Below are positions 1-12,190 of a stretch of 64,000 nt of DNA, in pieces (the first letter of the stretch is position 1; the number at the start of each line of letters is the position of its first letter). Source of the DNA: Chiloscyllium plagiosum. Taxonomy: Eukaryota. The notes below the pieces were generated by a model. It made no database searches, was not told the DNA's origin, and was given only the letters and a program-made list of their open reading frames with translations. The position numbers and the translations under genes are program-made. The stretch lies in the NCBI RefSeq assembly GCF_004010195.1, contig NC_057749.1, positions 6,779,416-6,843,415 on the forward strand, given 5' to 3'.

Positions 1-399
1 ACTCTGGAGGGTTCTGAGCACAAGATTTGTTCCAAAGAATGGATTACAAAATCCAAAGCAAATATGGAAAATATAAAATAAACAAGGAAGCGCTGCATTG
101 TTGGAGGTGCAGTTGGACAGATAGCAGGTAGGTCATTGGTGCAGATCACCAGTATAGAATCCCTACAGTGCGGAAACAGGCCATTCAGTCCATCAAGTCC
201 ATACCGACCCTTCAAAGTGCAACCCAATTCCGGATATTACAAGATATCAAAGAATATGCGGATATAGCAGGCAAAAGGCATCAAGATCAGCCATGATCTG
301 GTTGAATGACACAGCAGGTATGAGGGGCTGAATGGCCTATTCCAGTTTATATTGGCTATGAAATATTGGAGAGGCAATGCAATTGAGCGATGGAGGTGG

Positions 400-867
400 G
401 ACTTCATAAAGAGCCTGAAAATGGTTAAGAATATAAAACAAAGAGACTTTGCAGTGCAGGTTCATAGCTCCTCAAAAGTGGAGTTGCAGGTAGAGAGGAT
501 AGTGAAGGTGTTTGTTATACTTTCCTTTATTGGTCAGATAATTGAGTACCGGAGTTGGGAGGTCATGTTGTGGCTGTGCAGGGCATTGATTAGGCCACTG
601 TTGGAATATTGCGTGCAATTCTGGTCTCCTTGCTTTCACTCAGAGGGTGGTACGTGTATGGAATGAGCTGCCAGAGGAAGTGGTGGAGGCTGGTACAATT
701 TCAACATTTAAAAGGCATCTGGATGGGTATATGAATAGGAAGGATTCAGAGGGAAATGGGCCAGGTGCTAACAGATGGGACTAGATTGGGTTGGGCTATC
801 AGGTTGGCATGGATGAGTTGGACCAAAGGGTGTGTTTCCGTGCTATACATCTCTATGACTCTATGAC
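400..867 (+). mobile_element. CR1/HER1-like LINE 3' fragment with internal deletion
   Basis: RT C-terminal motif RPLLEYCVQFWSP and a (ctatgact)n tail. Confidence 0.85.
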
Positions 868-1264
868 GTTACATTCCTCAGGCACATAGTGTCTGGGCCA
901 GTACTGAGCTATTAGATGACAGTAGAGTACACCAGGCTTCCAGTAGAATATCAAGCTTCAGGTGATCCCAGAGTTAGATAGAGTATGAGTCTGTTATACC
1001 CCGAGGTCTCATGATACAGTGACGGTGTATTGTGACCATGATTCTTAAAGGTGTAATGGCATATTAACCTCTTAAAGATGTACTGAGAGATAACATCTGC
1101 CCCAGGTAAAATGGTGACAGGAGTAGGGCATGGCAATTGTGGCCATTATTTGTCCACTTAAAGATGTCAACTGGCCTCTCACCTGCTCCATCACCTCCTC
1201 TAAGATAGGAGCCAGGTCAGGGCAGGCGAATATGAGATGGACAGGCACCGCACTACTTTATACC

Positions 1265-2210
1265 AGAGTCATAGAGTCATACAGCACAGAAACAGATCAT
1301 TCGGTCCAACTCATCCATGCTGATCATGTTTCCCAAACTAACCTGGTCCCCATTGCCTGTGTTTTGGCCTATTTCCATCTAAAGCTTCCCTATTCATGTA
1401 ACAGTCCAAATGTGTTTTAAATATTGTGACAGTACCTGCATCTAACACTTCCTCTGACAGTTCATTCCATATACGCACCACCCTCTGTGTGAAAAAGTCC
1501 CTTTAAACCTTTCCCCTCTCACCTTAAAATTATGCTGTCGTGTCTTGGACTCTCCTACCCTAGGGAAAAAACCTTCACTATTCACCTTATCTAAGCCACT
1601 CATGATTTTATAAACCTCTACAACATCATCGAGTCATAGAGTCATACAGTATGGAAACAGACCCTTCCATTCATGCTGACCAAAATCCCAAACTAAACTT
1701 GTCCCATGTGTTTGCATTTGACACATGTCCCTCCAAACATTTTTTTGTTCATGTCCTTACCTAAATGTCTTTTAAATGTTGTAAATGCACCTGCATCCAC
1801 CATTCCCTCTGAAAGTTCATTCCACGCACAAACCACTCTCAGTGTAAAAGGTTGCCCCTGTGTCCTTCTTAAATCTTTCTCCTCTCACCTTAAACAAAAG
1901 CCTCCTAGTCTTGAATCCCCCACCTTAAGGAAGAGACACCTGCCATTCACCTTATCAATACTCCTCACGGTTTTATAAACCTCTATAAGGTCACCTCTCA
2001 ACCTCCTACGCTTCAGCGAAAAAAAATCCCAGCCTATCCAGCCTCTCCTTATAATTCAGTCTGGGTAACACCCTGGTAAATCTTTTCCACACTCTCTCCA
2101 ACTTAATGACAACCTTCCTATAGTACGGTGATCAGAACTGCAAACACTACCACAGAAGTGGCCTCACCAACGTCCTGTACAGCTGCAATATGATGTTCCA
2201 ATTCCCAAAA
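1265..2210 (-). mobile_element. Two tandem CR1/HER1-like LINE 3' fragments
   Basis: Two agtcatagagtcata tails (about 1266 and 1632). LQLYRTLVRPLL remnant. Confidence 0.8.
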
Positions 2211-3024
2211 TCAGTCTCCAAGCAGCTGATAGGAGATGGTAAAGTTTCTCCCATGGGTTCTGTTTCCACATTATAACAATGACTATTCTTTAAGAGTGGC
2301 TGTAAAAAACTTAGAAATGCCCTGAGACCCTGGGAGGAGCTGTATAAGCACAAGTTATTTTGGTTTCTTCCACCTTGCCTCATTGATTGTGACATCAAGT
2401 TAGAAAAGTTAACACCTTTTCCTTCATTAATTATTTGCACATCAAGAAATGAGATAAGATTAAGACCACTGTTGAAAGAATCTCTTCTCAGAAACCCTCC
2501 ATCCCCAGTTTGGTAAAGCAAACCTGTGCAAACTGAAAGGTATGAATTTATCAGGGTTGGGAGAGAGAAAAGAAAATTAATTTATTTTCTTCCCCTCACC
2601 ACCACTTCCAGCACAGACCTAAGTTCACGGCTTCCTGAAGCATATGGACAGCGTGACCTGAACTGAGTGTGAATGGGGTAGCTTTTCTAATTAGGAAGCT
2701 CTTGCAGCTCCTGGGATTAAAGCTACTAACTTCAAAGATCAGCCCTCAAGAGTATTTCATGCAGTGAGTAGAGTGCTACCATCAGTGTTACATAAGTACA
2801 AGACATTTTCTGCCATATGCTCCTCTATTCCATTGACACTAGTACTTCAACAACAGCCAACCTCAGAGTACAACTCGATCAGTACTGAAACTTTCCTAAA
2901 GATTAGTTAAAGCACAGCAGCAGACTTAGTGGTGCTTATTCAGCTGTTGACGAGGATAAGAATCTTTCGGCAGGATGTGGCTGGAATCTTCCAATTTCTG
3001 CCTGCAAGGCTGTACAGGACGTTC

Positions 3025-3600
3025 ATAAGTTGATAAGGTATAGGAGCAGAATTAGGCCATTCGGCCTATCGAGCCTGCTCCACCATGCGATCATGGCTGA
3101 TATGCTCCTCACCCCCATTTTCCTGCCTTCTCTCCATATCCCTTCAACCTATTACCAATTAAAAATCTGTCTAACTCCTCCTTAAACTTACTCACTGTGC
3201 CAGCATCCATTGCACTTTGGGGTAGGGAATTCCACAGATTCACAACCCTTTGGGAGAAGTAGTTTCACTTTAATTCTGTTTTAAATTTTTTACTCCTTAT
3301 CCTAAGACTGTGATATCTTGTCCTAGAATGGCTGACAAGGGGAAGCATTCACTCCACGTCTATTTTATCCACACCTTTTATCATCTCGAATACCTTAACT
3401 TGATCTCCCTTCATTCTTCTAAATCTTTTAAGTTCATTTTTGGAGTACTGTCTGCAGTTAAGGTCACTTTGCTATAGGAAGGATAGAACTTAATTGGAAA
3501 GGGCGCAGACTAGATTTAAAAGGATGTTATTGAGGCTGGATGGTTTAAGTTATAAGGACAGGCTGGACATTGGAGGATTTGAGCTATCCTATGACTATTT
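3025..3600. mobile_element. CR1 fragments (minus 3025-3430, plus 3435-3600)
   Basis: CR1-like 3' UTR and RT remnants similar to other copies in the window. Confidence 0.65.
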
Positions 3601-4050
3601 GATTCAGTGGAAACATGGGGGTTTGGATGCGGTGTGGTTAACTGTTGGCAGCAGTACACCTTCATCGTGAGAAATGACACTAAGATCAGAGACAATGAAA
3701 AGGAAATTTAAAAAGCTAATGGTACATTACAACCTTTGGCTTGACCACTTTGAAAAAGTGGCACTTGTCCTCTGAGCTGACGAGGGGAGGAGGTTAAAGA
3801 CTCGAATCTTCAGGCAAGCAAAAGTTTGCATTGAAAAACAGGGACTGTATGGCACTGTTCGAGGATGGATATTTGCAGATACATTTATCTACGTAGCATT
3901 ATTTTAATAAGGCAGAGGTGGGAAACTGTTGCAAAAACTTTTTATAATAACAGCGACAATGCAAGAGAAGTAAATATCATCTTTCGACATAATAGTGCAT
4001 TCTGCAAGCCGCAAATTATTCATGAGCTTGTTTCTTTGTGTCTGACTTAC

Positions 4051-4130
4051 TGGCATAGTCTGGCTTCCGTGCAGGCTGTTAATGGCTGCTTGGGCTTCTG
4101 CGTGAGAGGAATATTTTACAAACGCACAGC
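4051..4130 (-). CDS. CELF6: Internal coding exon (80 nt, phase 1 to phase 0) of the same CELF gene, RRM2 RNP1 region: (G)[26 protein letters not shown]
   Basis: Lies inside ORF 3904..4155(-). Long polypyrimidine tract ctctcttgtctctttcttctcatctcctag|GC, donor ATGCCA|gtaagt. Completes RNP1 KGCAFVKY with the upstream exon. Confidence 0.95.
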
Positions 4131-4784
4131 CTAGGAGATGAGAAGAAAGAGACAAGAGAGCAGAGAGGATTATCTCATTGTATGATTATTGCTCACAATG
4201 CCTCATTCACTTGATGTTCCACAAGATGCCAGACCACCACTCCAGCACTGCAAGGATGTATCACAGAATTACAATGAGCCCACAGTATAGGGAGTGGCCA
4301 TTTGACCCAACTGGTCCATTCTAGCCTTTATTCGTCACTTCCCCTTCCCTTGTCAACAGCAGGACCCTGCATTTGTTCCTCCCCGATATACTTAGCTTTC
4401 TCTCAAGTGCATTTATGTTGCTCACTTACCCTTTCAAAAGTGCCAATTTCAATCCTAAATCTTTTGGACTTATCAGTGACTGTTTTGTCTTTATAAGTTC
4501 TGATTCTGGAGTCCCCTACAGATGAAAACATTTTTCTCCACAGCTGGAAACAACTTACTCTGTGTCTATCAGGTCAACCCATGGCCTTTTGGTTTCAATT
4601 GAAAAATGCAGTAAGCAGGGCCATATTGAAACATCAACTCCACTCCCTTAGTTACTGAAAGCAGACTGCCTTTCTTCTTACCTGGCGAATGTCAGACTTT
4701 GACCATCTCCCTTTGACACTCAATGGCACTGACATTGCTGAAACCCTTACCTGCCCTAGCCACCCCCTCCTCACTGATCAACAT

Positions 4785-4960
4785 CTTGAATAAAAGCAAA
4801 ATATTGCAGATACTGGCAATCTGAAATTTAAAAAAAAAACAGAAATTGCTGGAGAATCCCAGCAGTATTGGCAGCAACTGCGGAGAGAGAAACAGCGTTG
4901 ATGTTTAAAGTCCAGTACAACCCTTCTTCAAACTGAAAGAAGTGTCACATCGGACTCACA
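4785..4960. mobile_element. Penelope-like terminal repeat fragment
   Basis: tgcagatactgg...aacagaaattgctggaga...cccttcttca motif shared with other PLE termini here. Confidence 0.6.
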
Positions 4961-4969
4961 AACTCTTTC

Positions 4970-5620
4970 TCAATCAGTGTCTTCAGGTCACCATTGATCA
5001 GAAACTTAACTAGAGCAGCCAGGTAAATTGTCTAGTAAAAGAGAATATGTCAGAAGCTGGACATTCTGCTGCAAGTAATTTATCTCTAAACTCCTAAAGG
5101 GTTTCCATCAGCTGCAAGGTACAAGACAGAATACACTTGTCCATTTGCCTAAATGAATATACTCCAACAGCACTCAAGAAACTCAACATCATCCAGAACA
5201 AAGCAGGGAGTGCTTGATTGGCACCCCATCTACCACCTTCAACATTCCCTGCCTTCACCAATGATGGGAAGTGGCAGCAGTGTGTACTGTACAAGAGATG
5301 CCCTGCACTAACGGCAAAGGCTTGCTTTTCAACACCTTCCAAACCCCATGATTTTTTAACCACCGAGAAAGATAAGAGCAGCAGACTCTTGGAGACACAA
5401 CCAACCGCAAGTTCCCCTCCCAACCGCACATCAGTTTCACTTGGAATGACATTGTTGTCCTCTCACTGTCCTTTGGTCATAATTGGGGAATTCTCTTCCT
5501 AATGGCACTGATTAACTCCCTTCGTCACACAGACTTCAGGAAGGTGGCTCATCACCACTTCCTCAGGGATGGACAACGCACACTGGTCTTATCTGTGATA
5601 TGCACATCCATGATTGAATA
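4970..5620 (+). mobile_element. Decayed 3' part of a second LINE family (CR1/L2 group)
   Basis: Similar to 62480-63950 and 29395-29790. Ends in a gctcatcaccactt...cacatccatgattgaata tail. Confidence 0.65.
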
Positions 5621-5744
5621 ATAGGACAATCAACTATTCCAACAGCGTACAGCAATTAATCAGTTTAACGAGTCTGCTAATCTTAGTTTTATAACTTAAC
5701 AAGGTGAAGGCAAGGTTTTCAATGATCCCAGAAGGCCATTGGAG

Positions 5745-6700
5745 AGAGAGAAAGAGATGACTGATGGTGAGTTTAACCTGTGGGTCACCATTTCCCAGAT
5801 GAGGGGAGAGGTTGAGAAGGAAAGTCTTTCATGGTTACCTGAATGTGGAGGTGCCGGTATTGCCTGGGGTGGACAAAGTCAGAAGTCACACAACACCAGG
5901 TTATAGTCCAACAGGTTTGTTCGAAATCACAAGCTTTCGTAGTGCTGTCCCTTCGGCGGGTGATCTGGTGCAGTGCTCTGAAAGCTTGTGATTTCAAATA
6001 AACCTGTTGGACTCATAGAATCCCTATAGAATGGAAGCAGACCATTTGGCCCATCGAGTCCACATCAACCCTCAAAAGAGCATCCCATCCACTCCTCTAC
6101 CCTATATCTCCACATTTTCTCATGGTTAATTCAGTTAGCCTGCACATCCCTGAACACTATGGAGCAATTTACCATGGCTAACCCACCCATCTCTGGACTG
6201 CGGGAAGAAACTGGAGCAACCAAAGGAAACACACACAGATACAGCGAGAATGTGCAAGCTCCACACAGAAGTCACCTGAGGGTAGAAATGAACCCGGGGC
6301 CCGATGCTGCGAGGCAGCAGTGCTAATCACTGAGCCACTGAGTTGCCGTATAAAGCCGGGTGTCATGTGACTTCTGACACGGTGACCTCAGCCAGGGCTG
6401 AAATTGAGGTAAAAACAATGAATGCAGATGCTGGAAACCAGATTCTAGATTAGAGTGGTGCTGGAAAAGCACAGCAGTTCAGGCAGTATCTGAGGAGCAG
6501 AAAAATCGACGTTTCAGGCAAAAGCCCTTCATCAGGAATACAGCTGATGAAGGACTTTTGCCAGAAACGTCAATTTTCCTGCTCCTCAGATGCTGCCTGA
6601 CCTGCTGTGCTTTTCCGGCACCACTCTAATCCAGGGCTGGAATTGAGCCTATGCTGTTGGCATCATTCCACATCTCAGACCAACTGAGCTAACTCGGCAT
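5745..6700. mobile_element. Nested cluster: short tRNA-SINE interrupted by a PLE family-2 hairpin (itself interrupted by an HE1-like SINE at 6015-6349) and by a PLE family-1 hairpin (6409-6630)
   Basis: Interrupted elements resume collinearly. 17-bp TSD ccagggctg(a/g)aattgag at 6392-6408 and 6631-6647. Confidence 0.75.
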
Positions 6701-6863
6701 GTCCCTTGAATGATCAGCAAGTCAGTAAATTAACAAACCAATTAACTTGTCAGATGTCAATCGCTTTGTTAAACCAAGCTGCCTAATACCACACGACCAT
6801 GAGTTAACTCAGTAAACTCACCTGCAGAACATTTTCAGGCTGAGTTGACTAGAGACTGTCCTA

Positions 6864-7048
6864 GGTAAATACAAGGACTGCAGATGCTGGAGATTACAGT
6901 CAAGATTAGAGCGGTGCTGGAAAAGCACGGCAGGTCAGGCAGCATCCGAGGAGCAGGAAAATCGATGAAGGGCTTTTGCCTGAAATGTCAATTTTCCTGC
7001 TTCTCGGATGCTGCCTGACCTGCTGTGCTTTTCCCACACCACTCTAAT
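6864..7048. mobile_element. Penelope-like inverted terminal-repeat hairpin with 15-bp TSD
   Basis: ctagagactgtccta at 6849-6863 and 7049-7063. Arms gattagagcggtgctggaaaagcac / gtgcttttcccacaccactctaatc. Confidence 0.85.
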
Positions 7049-7128
7049 CTAGAGACTGTCCTACTTTGCTGCCCTATAACCATACAAAAAAGGAAAGCAA
7101 TGGATTGAGGTTGAAAGGGGTAACTAAC

Positions 7129-7257
7129 CTTTACTGGTTCCATCAGGGCCTCTAAGAATGGTACACTCTTCAATGGAGCCAAAGGATTCAAATAGTCTCC
7201 TGACGTCGTCCTCCGTTTGCTGTTTTCCCAGCATGCCCACAAAGAGCTTTCTATCTT
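7129..7257 (-). CDS. CELF6: Internal coding exon (129 nt, phase 1 to phase 1) of a CELF3-6 subfamily gene, N-terminal part of RRM2: (E)[42 protein letters not shown](G)
   Basis: Manual translation of the minus strand. Acceptor ttctttgtttcag|AAGATAGA, donor AGTAAAG|gttagt. Contains RNP2 LFVGML and joins in frame with 4051-4130. Family is near certain. Paralog call (MLGKQQ and GTSKG favour CELF6/3 over CELF4 MLNKQQ/GNSKG) is from recall, about 0.6. The ORF track lists this region only in other frames. Confidence 0.93.
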
Positions 7258-8359
7258 CTGAAACAAAGAAAGGGCATCTTAATCCTCTAAGGAGCTACTA
7301 TACACTTCCAAATACCATGAGTGAGTTTATCAGCAAGTAAGAGAGGGGGACAATTTTAACATATTTTGCAGTTCCCAGTGTGGCGACACACGAGGGACAA
7401 TCTGTAAAATGGATGAAGCGTGGACCATTTGCCAATTAACACGATCGTTTTGGAACAAAGGAATGAGGAAATTAACTGTGCAAATAAAAACTAACATCTG
7501 CCTCTCTCCTTGTTGTTCATGCATCAGTGAGATTCAGAAATTCCACAGCAGCGTCTTGCAAAGGTTAAAGAACACTTCTCTGTGCCTGCCCCTTCACTGA
7601 ATCCCTCAGCTGAATGTCTGACAGAAGTTATCCCCCGTGAAGCCATAGCTCACAAACTGCCTCCTGCAAGAAACAGACATCTTGCAGATGAAGTGCTGGG
7701 GTGTGACTCATTGCTGTGACCCCTTTATGCGTCACTGCACTATTTAGATTTCATATCTTGTCAAGTTAAAGCTTGGAGAGGGGTGAGGGGGGAGTGGAAA
7801 TCTTTCGAGTGCTCTGCAACCGTTAAAGCAGCCGGATGAAAAGATTTCTTTAGGTGCATTAATGTTTCCCTTCATTTTCTTGGTGCGAGAGTATTTTTTT
7901 GGGTTCTGCACATGTTATCGGTTGAGTTTTTCTGTCTTCTCCTCCAACAACAACAACAATAAATTTTTCACTCCATGGGAGAAACCTCTAAGCAGTCACA
8001 AAGCAACAACAAGAGCCTGCATTTATGCAGTGCCTTTATGGAGGCAAATACAACCCGAGGTGGGGCTTTCCAATGAAATGTGACATCAAACCAAGTAAAG
8101 ATTTATTAGAATACCCCCAAAAAAAGGGTTTTAAGGAGCATCGTACTGGCAGAAAGACTGGCAAAGAGAGACAAAGAGAGAGAGAGAATTGCAGAGTTTT
8201 AAATGGAAGAATCTGAAGTCATTGGTTTATAGATGAAGACCAGACATGTGGAAGGACTACAATCGAATGAATGCAGGAACGGACGATGGTTACAGAAATA
8301 GGAAGAGGAGGTCTTGGAGAGATTTGAAAATAACAATAAGCAGCTTAGAAGTTATGTAT

Positions 8360-8975
8360 TGTCAAAAGGTGGACAGGCTGGTTAAGAAGGCATTTAGCAC
8401 ACTTGCCTTCATTGCGCAGACCACTGAATATAGGAGCTGGGATGTGGCTGTACAGGGTATTGGTGAGGCCTCTTCTGGAGTACTGTGTACTGTTCTAGTC
8501 GCCCTGCTATAGGAAGAATATTATTAAATTGGCATTGGTTCAGAAAAGATTTACCAGGCTTTGAGTTGTGAGGAGAGATTGGATAGGTTGGGACTTTTCT
8601 CATTGGAGTGTAGGAGGTTGCTGACCTTATAGAAGATTATAAAATTATGAGGGACATAGATAAGGTGATTAGCAATGCCTAGGGTGGGCAAGTTCTAAAC
8701 TACTAGGGACCTATTTTTAAGGTGAAAGGAGAACGATATAAAAGAGTCCTGAGGGGCAATGCCTTCATGGAGATGGGTGGTTCGTATGTGGAATGAACTG
8801 CAAGAAGAAGTGGAGTTATAATGTTAAAAAAACATTTGGACACTTGCATGAACAGGGAAGGTCGAGAGTGGTATTGGCCAAACACAAGCAAATGGAACTA
8901 GTTTGCTTTGGGAAACTTGGACAGTATTAACGAGTTGGACTGTTACGGTCTGTTTCCATACATGAATGACTCTGT
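8360..8975 (+). mobile_element. CR1/HER1-like LINE 3' fragment
   Basis: VDRLVKKAFSTLAFI remnant and a CR1 tail. Confidence 0.8.
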
Positions 8976-9139
8976 GATTCAGTAAGCACAGACATGATGG
9001 ATGAACAGACTTGGTGCAAGTTAATGTGCCAGCAGCAGTCTTTGCCCAAGCTCCAGACTGTGGAGGTAAAGTGGGATCAAAGATAAATTCTTTCAAATAC
9101 AAGTTTTCACCGATGAATTCTTCAGCTAGACTCTCTTCC

Positions 9140-10008
9140 AGTCACATATTCCCTTCCCCTCCCTTATCCACCTTCCGCATGGACCATTCCCTCTGGAACA
9201 CCCTGGTCCACTCTTCCTTCACACCCAACAATCCGCCCACAGCCCCGCGGCACATTCCCCTGCAACTGCTGAAGGTGTAACACCTGTCCATTTACCTCCT
9301 TCCTCCTCAATATACAGGGGCCCAAGCAGCACTTTACCTGCACTTCATGTAATCTTGTCATCTGCATTTGCTGCTCACAATGTGCTCTCTTCTACATTGG
9401 GGAATTAAAGCGTAAACTGCGCTTTGCAGAACACCTACGTTCTGCCCATAAAAAACCCTGAGCTTCCAGTTGCCTGCCATTTTAACACCCCACCCTGTTC
9501 CCTGGCCAACATCTATCTCAGGCTTGGTGCAGTACTCCAGTGAAGCTCAGTGCAAGCTGGAAGAACAGCATCTCATTTTCTACTTGGGGACCCAGAAGCC
9601 CCCCTCCCCCCGGCCTCAATATCGAGTTCAATAATTTTAGGACCTGAACTCCTCCATGTCCTAGCCCCCTACCCCACACACCAGGCCTTGTTATCATGTA
9701 GTCTGTCATTACACAGTACTATTGTTACTCACAGACAGTCTCCATTAACAGCTATTCACTCTCCCAGCCAGTTTGTTATCCATTCTTTTGTCTGTCCAAT
9801 TGTTCTTGTCTCTTTTTGGGCTCTATTCTCTCCTATTATTTACTCCTTACCCTTTCCCTCCACCCTATCTTCTGCACAAAAATCAACATTTTTCTAGCTA
9901 CTATCAGTTCGGAGGAAGGGCCACCAGACCTGAAACTTTAACTCTGCTTTCTTTGCACAGATGCTGCCAGACCTGCTGAGTTTTTCCAGCAATTTCTGTT
10001 TGTGTTTC
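9140..10008 (+). mobile_element. Penelope-like element 3' fragment (GIY-YIG endonuclease remnant plus terminal repeat)
   Basis: tgctcacaatgtgctctcttctacattggggaa (CSQCALFYIGE) remnant and terminal gatgctgccagacctgctgag. Confidence 0.75.
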
Positions 10009-10379
10009 GTTCTTTCCTCGCCTTGGCTAATTAAAAATTGGAAGAATGAAGATGAATAGAGTCTTATGGAACAAGGAGTGTTGTGAACAAAAACTGGTCA
10101 GTGCCGAAAGGAACAAGAGCGTATGCAGGAAAGATCTCATTGTTCACAGGGTTAATGAAATCAAGAAGAGGGTTGAGCTTTTGATTGGCATTTCCCAAGT
10201 GTTTTTACTGCTGCTTCTTAAACTGAAGTTCCTGCTGAAGTTAGAAAGATGGGCAGATAGATGATGAATGCAGAGAAACGCACAACTGAGAAAAAGGAGC
10301 AATGTGCTTCCAATTAAACCTGTTGGACTATAACCTGGTGTTGTGTGATTTTTAACTTGGCACAGCATGAGTACGGTAG

Positions 10380-11400
10380 AGTAACTTTATATTTGCCATT
10401 TCTATCACATACACCTTACACAGTAAAAAAAAAGAGAAAACGTTCCTCCAGGAACAAGGGTGCTACATAGACAGCACGAACTACACAATCATCCACGGCA
10501 TAAAGTGCAAGTTTCAGTGCAATAGAAGAATGCTAAATAATAGACATTTCAAAGTCGTGCAAAGTATTTCAGATGGTAAAGTGCCCAATCATGCTGTGTT
10601 AAGGAGCCTGATGATTCGGGGGAAGAAACTGTCGCACAGTCTGGTCATGAGAAACTGAATGCTCTGGTGTCTTTTGCCAGATGGCAGGAGGTAGAAGAGT
10701 TTTAGGGGTGTTGTGGGGTCTTCCACAACGCTTTTAGCCTTTCGGATGCAGCGTGTGGTGTAGATGCCTGTAATGGAGGGAAGAGAGACCCCAATGATCC
10801 TCTCAGCTGTCCTCACGATCCGTTGTAGGGTCTTACGATCTGAGACGGTGCAATCCCCGAACAAGGCAGTGATGCAGCAGCTCAGGGTGCTCTCAATGAA
10901 CCCTCTGGAGAATGTAGGCAGACGTGGGTACCACAGATGCTGGAGATTAGAATCAATATTAGAGTGGTGCTGGAAAAGCAAGCAGGTCAGGCAGAATCCA
11001 AGGAGCAGGAAAATCGACATTTCAGGCAAAAGCCCTTCAGTGGTGATTTCCTGCTCCTTGGATGCCGCCTGACCCTCAGTAGAATGTGGTGAGAATGGAG
11101 GGTGGGAGGTGGGCTTTCCTCAGCCCGTGCAAAATGTAGAGATGCTGCTGGGCTTTCTTGGCTATGGAGCTGGTGTTGAGGGTCCAGGTGAGATTCTCTA
11201 CCAGATGTACGCCAAGAACTATGGTGCTCCTCACGATCTCCACGGGGGGAGCCATTGATATCCAATGGAGAGTGGTCACTCTGTGCCCTCCTGAAGTCAA
11301 CAACCATCTCTTTCGTCTTGCCCATGTTCAGAGACAGGTTGTTGGCTCTGCACCAGTCCATTAGCCACTGCACCTCTTCTCCTCTCTGTCTGCTGATTCG
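10380..11400 (-). mobile_element. Rex1/Babar-type LINE 3' fragment (RT C-terminus), interrupted by a PLE terminus at about 10916-11072
   Basis: ORF pieces WCRANNLSLNMGKTKEMVVDFRR, LTWTLNTSSIAKKAQQHLY and RKTLQRIVRTAERIIG. 13/15 TSD ccctc(t/a)g(g/t)agaatgt at 10901 and 11073. Confidence 0.85.
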
Positions 11401-11507
11401 TCATTTGAGGAATATGTACAAGCTGGTTTAAAGAAAATATCAGAGAGAGAAGGAATAGAGGGACCCACAGATCAATGATTAATGTGGGAAATTAAGAGGA
11501 AGCTTTA

Positions 11508-12190
11508 GAGTCATAGAGTTGTAAATAAGGAAACAGACCCTTCGGTCCAACTCATCCATTCTGACCAGATATCCAGTCCCATGTTTTCAAAGATTCATTC
11601 ACAGGATGATGGTGTCGCTAGCTAAGCCAGAATTTGTTGCCCATCTCTATTCTGCCAGAGGGCAGTAAAGAGTCAGCTACATTGGCAACATTTGGCCCAT
11701 ATCCCTGTAAACCCTACTTATTCATGTACCCATCCAGATGCCTTTTAAATGTTGTAACTGTACCAGCCTCCACTGCTTCATCTGGCAGCTCATTCCATAC
11801 ACACAACATCTTCTGTGTGAAAAAGTTGCCCTTTACGTCCCTTTTATATCTTTCCCCTCTCACTCTAAATCTATTCCCTCTAGTTTTGGACTCCCCCTAC
11901 CCTGGGGAAAAGACTTTGGCCCATGCCCCTCATGATTTTATCATTTTTAAACATCAGGTATTGAAAAAATGAGAAGATTACTGTGTGCAAGACATTGGCA
12001 TGGATAATTGGAGTTTGGAATACAATCCTTTGTATTAAAATTCTCCAAATAAAGTGACAGTACTGGATGGGGATATGAATAGGAAGGGTTTAGAGGGATA
12101 TGGACCAAGTGCTAGCAAATGGGAGTAGATTAAGGATGAGATGGAGCGCAAGGTCTGCTTCTGTGCTGTACATCTCAACGACTCTATGAT
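11508..12190. mobile_element. CR1 3' fragments (minus 11508-11945 with a SINE piece inserted; plus 12064-12190)
   Basis: CR1 3' UTR and tail motifs. Confidence 0.7.

Larger units (their letters stand above)
4131..7128 (-). other. GT-AG intron (2998 nt, phase 1) between the two CELF exons
   Basis: Canonical ends gttagt...ctag. Phases are compatible (G|GC = Gly). Confidence 0.9.

Noticed and set aside
2636..2655. REST/RE1-like site tgaagcatatggacagcgtg
   Set aside because: Only the right half-site matches. The left half and spacing are off consensus.
1..4050. Next CELF exon (GASSSLVVKFAD-like)
   Set aside because: Not found by eye. It presumably lies left of the window.
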